DNA of 64,000 nt from Pecten maximus (Eukaryota). The translations under genes were made by a program, and so were the position numbers. This document shows, piece by piece, positions 26,264-37,479 of the stretch. The notes under the pieces are model-generated. The model saw nothing but the letters and a program-made list of their open reading frames with translations. It ran no database searches and had not been told where the DNA came from. Location: assembly GCF_902652985.1 (NCBI RefSeq), contig NC_047026.1, forward strand, positions 31,248,001-31,312,000, written 5' to 3'. Numbering within the stretch: the stretch's first letter is position 1; each line of letters opens with the position of its first letter.

Positions 26264-26348
26264 TTAAATCCTGTATGTTTTATAAAAAAAAAAAATTCTC
26301 TTTTGCGGTTTTTTGCGTTGTTCACATGCTGTTTTATCATGTTTGTCG

Positions 26349-29300
26349 TTATGGTTCGTCGTAAAGAGCAGGAGGAGGAGGAGCATTTGCTTGAACTGAA
26401 GGTAGGGATTCATAATATATTGGAGGGGAATCACAAGAAAGCGGGACCGGTTGATGATGCTGGACATCGGGATGATAACCTGGTAGGATACTTTGCTGTC
26501 CGTGAGGCATCCACTGTGTGTGTCCTGTATCTGACGACTGTTGGATAATCCCACGTGACTGGCGAAGTGGCGGCAGGTGATGCGGAGGGGCATGTGGATA
26601 ATGACCTAAATGACAGATGAAGTAAAGAATAAACACTGTCTATGTACCATTGGACCCTGTTACGTCGATGAACAAATAACATAGGTCAGTATGTTATTAT
26701 AGAATAAAAAAAAACATAAACTATTTTTTAATACTTCACAATAGTATATAACAATAGCGAAATTTATACAATTCTTAATCAATCTTTGTCAATTAATTGG
26801 ATTTTATGAGACATTATAATTACATGTACATGTACTTGAATACACAATACTTCCTAAAATAAGTATGCGTTAAATTAATTTAGCGTTATGATATAAGACA
26901 GTGCTATATAACATTTATATTTGTGTTTCACACAATTCGAGTAGTAAAACAACTTATCACTGAATACTTACTTATACTGGTTAACATAGAAGTTCTTTTG
27001 TAGCCATAGTTTCACTTCACATCACACACACAAAAAAACGAATGAAATGTTCAGTAAGATAATTATTCTGACCTTGAAATGCTGGATATGTCGGTGTAGC
27101 ATTTAAAATCTGACCAGGGTGGGTCTGGTTACTTGTCCTGTTTTTGTAATAGCAACATACGGCGACGATGATAGCTATGGCGACGAAGAGTGCAAAACCA
27201 AGTACACTGCCAACGACTATGGCCACACTGTAAAGCCAACATTTACATAGTTGACATGCCGTATCGGTATAATAATACAGTACATAGTAATATCATGTGG
27301 CATATAGATACATATATTTCCATTTGCTCTGCATTGTCACTCTACCAAGCAAAATGGAAAGTTATCAGATCATAACATTATTCTCATTGGTGTTGGTGTT
27401 GTCTGATGCCACTATATCAGGTGTATGTTTGACGTCAAGACAATTCATGCGACTGGACTTAAAAAAACCGTTGATCAACGCAGCTTGCAATGATTTATGT
27501 AGTTCTCTTGTATAAAAGATGAAAATCACCAAAGTGGAATATATTGATTAAATTGTTAATATATGTTATATAGGCATCTTATACCTCAAGGTCCTCAAAG
27601 GTCCTCAAGAAGGAAGAACTATCCATAGTTATGTGTATAATGGGACCTAGCTCAGTAGCTACTCATCAGTAGGCAGCTTACAAATCTTGATAATTGGATT
27701 TCAGTTCTAGACAATTTTACAAAGATATAGCACGGGAGTATGACAAATTAATACAAACAATAACCTTTATTACTGCAATATACACTACACTTACGCGGCA
27801 TTGTCGTCTGATACTGGGACCTCTGTCGTTGTTGTGGATTCACAACACTCAGATGCACAACAACCCTGGTAACAGTAGCCTACATACGATGTCATAAAGT
27901 AATGGTAGTCATAGTGGTAGCATATAGTGCCTGTCATACCTGGAACATATTCAAATAGAAATAATCAGTATAAAACTGCATCTTTATACCAAACTACAAT
28001 TGTATGACCGATATAATTCATCCTTTAGGTCTTCCTCTCCTCGGCTAGACAATGTCACCAAAGCAATTTCATTTATTAACGCTAAGATAAAGAGGATTTC
28101 TTCTTTTTGAATAAAACATTAAGATATTCTGACATAACGAAAAATATCTCAGGTACAGGGCATATGTCAGAGTAGGAATGAAATTTATTTTGGATTCGTA
28201 TTTTTTTCTTTTCAAACAGACTGAAAGTAGTTTTGTAACCATGCATGAAAGAAATTATCACTAATGGCGAAAATATGTGTTTTAGAAAAAAGTGTTTATT
28301 TGTATAAACATGACACTGATCAAAGGATATAATAACATTGACCTAGCATTGAAATTTGTTGAATAATCGTTATTAACTGTTCTGTCGAGGTACTCTTAAA
28401 GTTAATTATATGTGAAACAATTGTATAAAAATGTCGTAATGTCCCAGTTGATGCGATATTTTGAAGGACGTATGCCCATTTTCACGATTTCCAGCGACAG
28501 ATGTCGAGTGCTGATGGAAAAATTAACCACACAAGGCTATGAGAGAAGCAGGTTGAAGGTCATAGAAAAGTTTTATGGTCTGGTCGACGTCGTGATCACC
28601 TTTGGAAGTATTCTATTTCATTGTGCGATGTCAGACATGTTCGATGTTTGTTGATACATCAAGTGGTTCTGTTTTCACCACCGTACTTGTAACTTAACTT
28701 GTAACTTATCTAGATTTGTATGGCGGGTGTCGTCGATTTGTCACATATATATATATGGTGGGTGTCGTCGATTTTTCATAGGTTTGTATGGTGGGTGTCG
28801 TCGATTTGACATAGGTTTGTATGGTGGGTGTCGTCGATTTGTCATAGATATATATATGGTGGGTGTCGTCGATTTGACATACACACATATATATATATAT
28901 GGTGAGTGTCGTCGATTTGACATAGATTTGTATGGTGGGTGTTGTCGATTTGACATAGGTTTGTATGGTGGGTGTTGTCGATTTGACATAGATTTGTATG
29001 GTGGGTGTCGTCGATTTGACATAGATTTGTATGGTTGATGGCGTCTATGAAGCAGAAGACGCTTAACCTTCCGGAACACCTGGTCTTATTCTCTTTGTAC
29101 TTTAGCAATGGTTTTCATGCAAATCATTAGTTTGGTGAAGATTTTACCCCCCGTTTTATCGACTTTGAGTTAGAATTATGAAACAGCTGTGTGGTGTCCC
29201 TTACATCACTGACGTGTCCAATAATGGTGAAACAGCTGTGTGGTGTCCCTTACATCACTGACGAGTCCAATAATGGTGAAACAGCTGTGTTATGTCCCTT

Positions 29301-30552
29301 ACATCACTGACGAGTCCTAGAAGGACAAACAGTTGTATGGTTTGGTTTATTTTGTTTAACGCCCTTTTCACAGCCAGGGTCATTTACATCTTCGCTAGCC
29401 AAGGCTTCTGATTACGTTACACTCCGCGAACCCTTGGCAGATATAGGCGTCAGTTCTGGCCCTCTAGCGGTGATTCGAAATTACCACCCTTCACGCATGA
29501 AATTTTCGACCAATCAAAACAAGCGTTACCGATTTACTTCATCGGTGATGTTTACAAACACACATCGAGGTTTGGTGTCATTTCGATGAGATATGTGATC
29601 AATGACTTATATGAATTGATCAAACACTGCGAATGTTCCCCCAAAGATTGTGATTTTTGTATTTAGGTAAAATGCCATGACATAGTCGGCAATGTAGCTA
29701 TGTACTGGGTGCCGCATTTTTTGTTTACTGCGAAACCAAGCCAGAATGTAAAACGCGATTTGATTGGGTGCCCTGGGATTCCAGGGCGCGACGGTTTGAA
29801 CACGACTATATCCGCCAAGGGTTCGTGGAGTGTAACGTAATCAGAAGCCTTGGCTAGCGAAGATGGGTCATTTAAGGACGTGCCTGGTTTTGGAGGTGGG
29901 GGGAAAGCAGGAATACCCGGAGAAAAACCACCGATCTATGGTCAGTACCAAGCAATTGCCCAACATGAGTTTCGAACTCGCAACCCAGAGATGGAGTGAT
30001 GATAAAGTGGCGGGACACCTTAACCACTCGGCCTCCGCGGCCCAACTGTATGGCGTCCCTTACATCACTGACGAGCCCTAGAAGAGCGAAACGGATGTAT
30101 CGTGTCCCTAACATCACCGACGAGTCCGAGAGGGCGAAACAGCTTTGTGGTGTAGCTCAATCATTTACTAAATTTATGTTCAAAGGTGATATTTACTTCA
30201 GAGCCGTTGTGAATCTTTTGAAGATGTACAGTTATCATGATATGAACTGAAAGCGAATTTCCTACACTGGCGTTTGCCCAGATTAAATACATTATAAGAA
30301 GAGGTCTGGGCAAACGTAATAGATTCATACACGTCTCAACACTATAGAGGCAGACTAAAATAAACCCGAGCCTTTTCCACTGAGTATCAAACACCATAGT
30401 CACAGAAGACTCGGACTGAAGGCGCAGATGAACATATGATACCGGACAACGACAGTTGCCATATTATTTTCGATAAGTATATTTCACAATTGTTTGCTCT
30501 TACCTGGGATCAACAACGTAAGTACCAAACCAATGGTATGACCGGGGGCCAT
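26349..30552 (-). CDS. CYYR1/Shisa-like (WBP1/VOPP1 group) single-pass membrane protein, 4 exons, 201 aa
   Basis: Exons (minus) 30552-30504, 27939-27795, 27227-27073, 26605-26349 (606 nt, phase-consistent). Signal-like MAPGHTIGLVLTLLIPG, Cys/Tyr-rich ectodomain ICYHYDYHYFMTSYVGYCYQGCCASECC, TM AIVVGSVLGFALFVAIAIIVAVCC, Pro/Gln-rich tail with PPIY (PPxY). The first exon is the least certain. Confidence 0.85.
28430..29170 (+). mobile_element. Decayed 3' end of a Penelope-like (Naiad-type, RT-terminal) retroelement
   Basis: Peptide SQLMRY...DRCRVLMEKLTTQGYERSRLKVIEKFYG...MSDMF* resembles the C-terminus of mollusc RT-terminal PLEs, followed by the 3' motif gggtgtcgtcg...gaagacgcttaaccttccggaacacctgg. 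Assignment by recognition. Confidence 0.55.
28708..29035. repeat. 33-bp minisatellite (about 9-10 copies)
   Basis: Unit atttgtatggtgggtgtcgtcgatttgacatag. Confidence 0.9.
29338..30043 (-). mobile_element. tRNA-derived SINE with V-domain-like core, interrupted by a MITE
   Basis: Minus strand: head gggccgcggaggccgagtggttaagg (A box), gagttcgaaac (B box), core ggtttttctccgggtattcctgctttcc, tail ...ggcgttaaacaaaataaaccaaacca. Confidence 0.8.
29387..29865. mobile_element. MITE with ~59-bp TIRs and 9-bp TSD (MULE- or AcademH-type)
   Basis: TIR catcttcgctagccaaggcttctgattacgttacactcc... / ...ggagtgtaacgtaatcagaagccttggctagcgaagatg; exact TSD ggtcattta at 29378-29386 and 29866-29874. Confidence 0.92.
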
Positions 30553-30999
30553 CTTGTAACGTTATTTGTCACCGTTAGCTACTCTATTCAATATACAGCA
30601 CACAAAAGAACTAGCACACCATCGCGCGCCTATTGTTTCACACACATTACCGATCTATATATAATATACAGGTATGATTTATACCCGTATACAAAGTATA
30701 TACACTGTGTATTTAAAGTTTTATTCGGGAGAAGAATTGCTGTATTATTCCATCTAAAGCGTCGTCTACGAAAAAAAAAGAAAGTTATTGGACATTGGTT
30801 ACAAATGGAATATGATTATTACGATAGGTTAAAAAGTATTCCATGTAAAATATGATAGAAATAATTCAATACTATCTGGCCGGCAAGAGGGCTGTGAATC
30901 ACATCTGATAGCTGATGTCTTTTGCAGTGGTGGGTGATCTGTTTTGGCTTAAAGAATTGTTCACTACGCTTAGAATTTCTTATACATAAAAACACGCCG

Positions 31000-31200
31000 A
31001 AGATGAAAGTGTTATGGTCGAAATCATTGTCTCAGCTGAGTACATTGTATATTCTATTTCCTTATGCGATATCAAGTCAGACGTTTTTGAAGTTGAACAG
31101 AAGTCGCTCTCTATTTCGGAGTATCTGGTCTAATGAAGCAGAAGACGATTACTCTTCCGGAACCCCGGAATTAAAGTCTTGGTTTATGGGTTATATGTTC
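31000..31200 (+). mobile_element. Second decayed 3' fragment of the same Penelope-like family
   Basis: aaagtgttatggtcga (K.YGR) ... gaagcagaagacgattactcttccggaacccc matches the motif at 29048-29083. Confidence 0.45.
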
Positions 31201-32674
31201 GTTTATTGTCAGTATTCTTTGTTTTTTAAACAAACGTGGACTTTTTATTGTTGTTTGGATGTTTGTGAAGGCAACCGCTATCTCATAGAATTGGATATCG
31301 GCGTTATCCTTTGGTCTGTAGCCTGTAATGTCGTATATACCCCACGTTAAATTTCCTGTGTAATGCAGTTGCATATTGATTACGAAATATAGTAATATAA
31401 TATATACAGCATCTGTTAGTAACATATTTAAATGTGCTATTAATTTGTGTATCTGATGTAAATCGTTAGATACAGTCTTGTATATGTATCGTAGAGGACC
31501 AGACAATAATGATCCATGATGTATATTGATTTACAGACGACTGTAAACACTTGGTACCTGGTAATTTTAAAAGTCACACCAAAGCTCCAGTTATTACAAA
31601 GATCTGTGGATACTAACCGATTGAGATATATTCTCAATCATTCTTACAAACTTTCACGATCAGAATATTTCTTGAATTTCATATTTCCCTAATAAATCCA
31701 ATTACGTTTTTTGCAAAATTTATGTTTTTGGTGAATTGTTAATCTGTAGACCAGTTTGGAGATAAATTCATGTAAGGTAAACTGATATACATGTAGTGGG
31801 AGATGAAGTCATTACATGTTAAAGCCAGTATAAGATAGCAGAGTCCGATAAAGTTTTATCAGGAAAAAATACACAACGCGGCGCGTCAGCACTTCTTGAA
31901 TAGACACGGGATGTTTTACTGAGAAAAGCTGCGCACATCAGCAAAAACGAACGCATGGTGCATGGTTGAGCTATCAAATGACAGCCGATCATCTCCAATT
32001 TTAACCTGAACATTTTTCATTACCCATATTAGCAAGCCTCGTGAAATGGTCAATGCCACCACTAAAAAGTCTGTCCGAGTTTCTTCTGTCAACGTACAGA
32101 TAGCTATATTTAATGTCCAGGTACTACTAGGAATTTCAGTTAAGTGCTTGATGACAAGGTACACATTATTTAACAATCTTACAGTTACATCCTGGGAAGG
32201 TCAAGGGCGCGTTAGCTATTATGGTAGGTTAAACCGACTAAAATCCGGTTCACTATTTATTCTATCTCGAAGAAAGTTATTTTCAACGAAAAGAATCGCC
32301 CGAACGACCAGTCATTTCCATTCTATCTTTGTCGGAAACATTGAATTCCTAAGATAAATGTTAAGATGGCCATAAGTCCATATTTGGTCAGAACAGAAAC
32401 AATATCGGGAATAAATCCTTATAGTGTTTTCATTCTTGAACCAAGTGCCAGGAAATATTGATACCTGCGCGTGGTAAAAGTCGCTTTACATCGTATTTGT
32501 TAAGTTCCGTGAGATCAACCTTTTCATGTTATGCTATTGTATTTGTTTACAAGTGATATCTATGTATTGATTTCCTGGAATACCACTGACATAATACTGT
32601 GAGAGTACACTCAAATTTAGGCGCATAACTGAATTCAAACAAGATAAGATATAAGCTCAATGATGAATTGGCGC

Positions 32675-34490
32675 ACTCGCAATACACTCGCAATACACTC
32701 ACAATACACTCACAATACACCCATAATACACCCATAATACACCCACAATACACCCATAATACACTCACAATACACCCACAATACACTCACAATACACTCA
32801 CAATACACTCACAATACACCCACAATACACCCACAATACACTCACAATACACCCACAATACACTCACAATACACTCACAATACACCCACAATACACTCAC
32901 AATACACTCACAATACACCCACAATACACTCACAATACACCCACAATACACTCACAATACACCCACAATACACCCACAATACACCCACAATACACTCACA
33001 ATACACTCACAATACACTCACAATACCCTCACAATACACTCACAATACACCCACAATACACCCACAATACACTCACAATACACTCACAATACACTCACAA
33101 TACACCCACAATACACCCACAATACACCCACAATACACCCACAATACACCCACAATACACTCACAACACCCACAAACCCCACAAGACCGCACAAACACTC
33201 ACAAACACCACAAGACACCACAAGACACCCACAAGACACCCACAAACAACCACAAGACACGCACAAGACACCACAAGACACGCACAAGACCCCACAACAC
33301 CACAAGTACACACCCACAAGACACCACAAACACGCACAAGACACTACAAGACACCACAAACACGCACAAGACACCCACAAGACACGCACAAGACACGCAC
33401 AAGACACCACAAGACACCCACAAGACACCACCACAAGACACGCACAAGACACGCACAAGACACCCACAAGACACCACAATACACCCACAAGACACGCACA
33501 AGACACGCACAAACACCCACAATACACCCACAATACACCACAATACACCACAAACACCACAATACCCACAAATACCCACAATACACCACCACAAACCCAC
33601 AATACACGCACAATACACCCACATCCACAGTACACTCACAAACACTCCACAGACACCCACAAGACACCCACCTCACAAGACACCCCACAACCACTCACAA
33701 TACCCACAAGACACCACAATACACCCACAATACACCCACAATACACTCACAATACACTCACAATACACCCACAATACACCCCAAACCCCACAATACACGC
33801 ACAAACACTCACAACACCACAACCCAATACAATACACTCACAAACCCACAACACCACAAACACCCCAATCCCACAGATACATCAATACACGCCACATACA
33901 CAACCACATACAACACTCACAATACACCACAATCAATCCTCACAATACACCCACATACACCCACAATACACCCACATACACGCACAATACAACCCACAAA
34001 CACCCACAATACACACACAATACACCCAACATACACCACAGACAATACACTCACAATACCAACACCACAATACACCACAACAAATACACTCACTCACCCA
34101 ATACACCCAAAGACAGCACAACGACAACAGCAAGACACCCCACGCACAAGACACCCACAAGACACCCACAAGACACGCACAAGACACCCACACAAGACAC
34201 GCACAAGACACGCACAAGACACGCACAAGACACCCACACCAATACACCACAATACACCACAATACACTACACTCACAATACACTCACAATACACCCACAA
34301 TACACCCACAATACACCCATAATACACCCACAATACACCCACAATACACTCACAATACACTCACAATACACTCACAATACACTCACAATACACTCACAAT
34401 ACACCCACAATACACTCACAATACACCCACAATACACTCACAATACACTCCAATACACCCACAATACACTCACAATACACTCACAATACA
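32675..34490. repeat. 11-bp minisatellite (CACAATACACY)n with a central CACAAGACAC variant and a scrambled core
   Basis: Direct reading; source of the 612-aa low-complexity ORF. Confidence 0.95.
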
Positions 34491-35861
34491 CGTTTCATCG
34501 TCCTAACCATAAACACATAAACACAGATAACCCAACCTACCATTTTTATATACACCTCATCTCTTTGATAATATAATATGTCCTATGTAATTAACACTAT
34601 TGGATGACAATGTGTCCCAAATGGATATAAAATACAGCGGTGTACTTTTACAGTGCAATTAAACTGAAATACGTTGATGAAAGCTATAGTATGACAGAAC
34701 ATCAGAATGAATAATTAAATATTGATTTTTCTAAATATAGTTCCAATACTGATAAGTAAACAACATCAACTATAAATAAAATCAATTATGAAAGCAATTG
34801 ATTGGAACCTATTCCATTTGTGTATTCAGTGGCAGCTAAATGAAACTCTGGTTGTTGACAAAACAAAATGTGTCTATAAATAACGCATTATACACATATT
34901 TACATATTTACAGAGACTGGCTTATGTGTGCTGTGGGAACCCGTTTGTTTACAGGTTGTGTTGAGATTACATTGGTGTACACCCAAGGATGACATTTTTA
35001 TAGGAAACGACAGCTCACGAGACCAGGTAACTAGACGCAGGAGAATTAAGCAGGTAAGTCGGGTACACAGTGTTTACAACCAAGTGATTGGTATGCATTT
35101 TAAATCGCGTATTTTGCTCGAGTGTGTGAACAATATTTTAAATGAGATGGAAATTCTCCTGTACTGCCCATCCAGAGAACTCTAGAGAACTACCACAAGG
35201 ACCCAGAAAGTGATGAAATGGTAGGGAAGTCGCCTAGGAATTCCTTCAATCGCAAGGAAAACCGCAACATATTTTGATGTGATGGTAGGATTGTCGCTAG
35301 GGTATAGTGTGAGTGGTAAGGGTATTCCTCGTCTATATAATTGTTGTTAGCAGATCAGCAATGTTAGCGGACATCTATAATTCATAAGTCGTCTGCCATT
35401 TACTCTTAGTTTGCTCAAAACCTTCATATTGACTATAACATTAAAACGGATCAATCACTGAAAGGCATAGTATAACATAAAACCTTTCCCCTGTCCATCT
35501 GGTAGACAGTAGAATTGTTATACTCTCTCAGGAAGACAATAATACAAGGTGATTTACACAGTCATTCAAGTCACTCAACAATAACATTCGTCCGTCATTT
35601 CAATTGTACCCGACTACCAGGCTTAAACGATGTGTAATATATATTAAATATTTTATGGTATACATACAAATAATGTAGCAAAAACAAATCGGTAAACCTG
35701 GCTCCACACTAGATTCTAGGTATTGGCAATTCTAAAATTAAGTCAGCAGAATTTGGTGTTGTGTTGTGTAACTGTATCACAATTCTGGTGGGTCGAGCAA
35801 ACAATACATACTGACGTTGTTAACATATATGGCACCTATACAAAAATGAGTTCGATACAAC

Positions 35862-36383
35862 ACCTCATACAGATGTTTTGTCCTTCTAAGACTCGTCAGT
35901 GATGTTAGGGACATAATAAAGCTGTTTCGTCCTTCTAGGACTCAACAATGACGTTAGTGACATCATACAGCTGTTTTGTCCTTCTGTGATGTTAGGGACA
36001 TCATAAAGCTGTTTCGTCCTTCTAGGACTCATCAGTGATGTTAGGGACATCATACAGCTGTTTCGTCCTTCTAGGACTCATCAGTGATGTTAGGGACATC
36101 ATACAGCTGTTTCGTCCTTCTAGGACTCATCAGTGATGTTAGGGACATCATACAGCTGTTTCGTCCTTCTAGGACTCATCAGTGATGTTAGGGATACCAT
36201 AAAGCTGTTGTCCTTCTAGGACTCGTCAGTGATGTTAGGGACATCATAAAGCTGTTTCGTCCTTCTAGGACTCAACAATGACGTTAGTGACACAATACAG
36301 CTGTTGTCCTTCTAAGACTCATCAGTGATGTTAGGGACATCATACAGCTGTTTTGTCCTTGTAGGACTCGTCAGTGACGCTAA
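35862..36383 (-). ncRNA. Tandem array of 11 minimal hammerhead ribozymes (49-nt unit); three consecutive perfect units at 36047-36193
   Basis: Minus-strand unit: ACAUCA-CUGAUGA-GUCC-UAGAA-GGAC-GAAAC-AGCU-GUA^UGAUGU-CCCUA. It has the canonical CUGANGA/GAAA core, a 4-bp stem II, a 6-bp stem I (ACAUCA/UGAUGU), an NUH triplet GUA and a palindromic stem III. Confidence 0.9.
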
Positions 36384-37479
36384 TGGTTTAAAGTGATATG
36401 GGTATGTTGTTTTAAATTATTGAGATATTAAGTTAACCAGGCGTTGGTGTTCGACTACGTCATGTTGTTTTGTAATGCCTAATTAAGCCCTACTGCACAA
36501 AGCAACGGCGAAGAAAGAATGTCCCCTGTTATTGGAATTATGTGGCAGAATAGCGGGAAACATCAACAGAAGAACGCTAATCTGGAAAAAAACTACAAAT
36601 GAAAAAAAACGTGAAATTATGCTTTCTAAAATATATAATGTTCTCTTAACGAGAGAAGGAACATGTTTGTTTTGTGTTGTCATCTTAAATGATATCGTTT
36701 TGTAAGGGAACGTCGCGTGTCGGTTATTGGCCCCAAAACAGGTCTTTGTTTGTTAACATCACATTCGCCACGTGGCGTTTTCCCTTTTAAATATACAGTA
36801 CATAAATTAAGATAGACATCGTTACTTTATCTCCCCTAACTGTAAATATTTACCGATCGGTTATCAAGAACTTACCAGAATGTGTTGAACTTCTGCGGTG
36901 ACAATATGGACTCCACATGCTATATAGTAATAAAACAATTTTCTAGTGATGATCAATTATTAGATTTAAACAAATGATAGCTGAAATAGTGTAATTTGTC
37001 TCGCGTTTTTGGCAGCACACATTTCATATTAAATTGTGCTGTGTGTAGCAGGATTAATGGGATGTACAATTGTACGACAAAAATATACGCCAATAGTAGT
37101 CAACATCTCTGGCGAAGTTAAAACCCATTAACAGTTTTCTTTATAGTTTCACCTGGTGTTTCCCTTTATTTATTGGATTGTGTTTCTAATAGATTTGTAT
37201 ATACTGTATTACTGGAATAGAATTATCTGTAGAAGGTACATTGACAACAGATCTAGCCTACAGTTATAAGGTGTCATTGTCTGACCCGAATTTCGTCAAT
37301 AGGAAAGCATTACCGAATTTAAGCGAGATGTTGTTGTGAAGTCCGATAATGCTTCCCGATGGAACATTACCAGTTATGTCCTAAGGTTAAGAAATATTGA
37401 TGAGACGGGGTTCCAAATCAAGGGCAATAATTGCATAATACATGAAAAATATTGATTTGCATGACAAAATGTCTATATT

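Larger units (their letters stand above)
29180..30152 (+). ncRNA. Degenerate tandem hammerhead-ribozyme array (49-bp unit), split by a SINE
   Basis: gaaacagctg at 29180, 29229 and 29278 (period 49), each followed by gtcccttacatcactgacg(a/t)gtcc. The array resumes at 30043-30152 (ctgacgagccctagaagagcgaaac; ccgacgagtccgagagggcgaaacagct). Confidence 0.75.

Noticed and set aside
29960-30043. tRNA gene
   Set aside because: A and B boxes are present but there is no full cloverleaf, and the sequence continues into a SINE body and tail.
32668-34506. 612-aa His/Thr/Gln-rich ORF and antisense Cys/Val-rich ORFs
   Set aside because: Translation of an 11-bp minisatellite that lacks stop codons; no splice or domain evidence. 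The scrambled centre may be poor consensus.
35150-35700. Possible LINE endonuclease relic (IIQGDLHSH)
   Set aside because: A single weak motif with no continuous frame.
35862-36383. CRISPR-like appearance of the hairpin-containing repeats (also 55842-56314 and 61824-63160)
   Set aside because: No unique spacers, no cas genes, eukaryotic spliced context.
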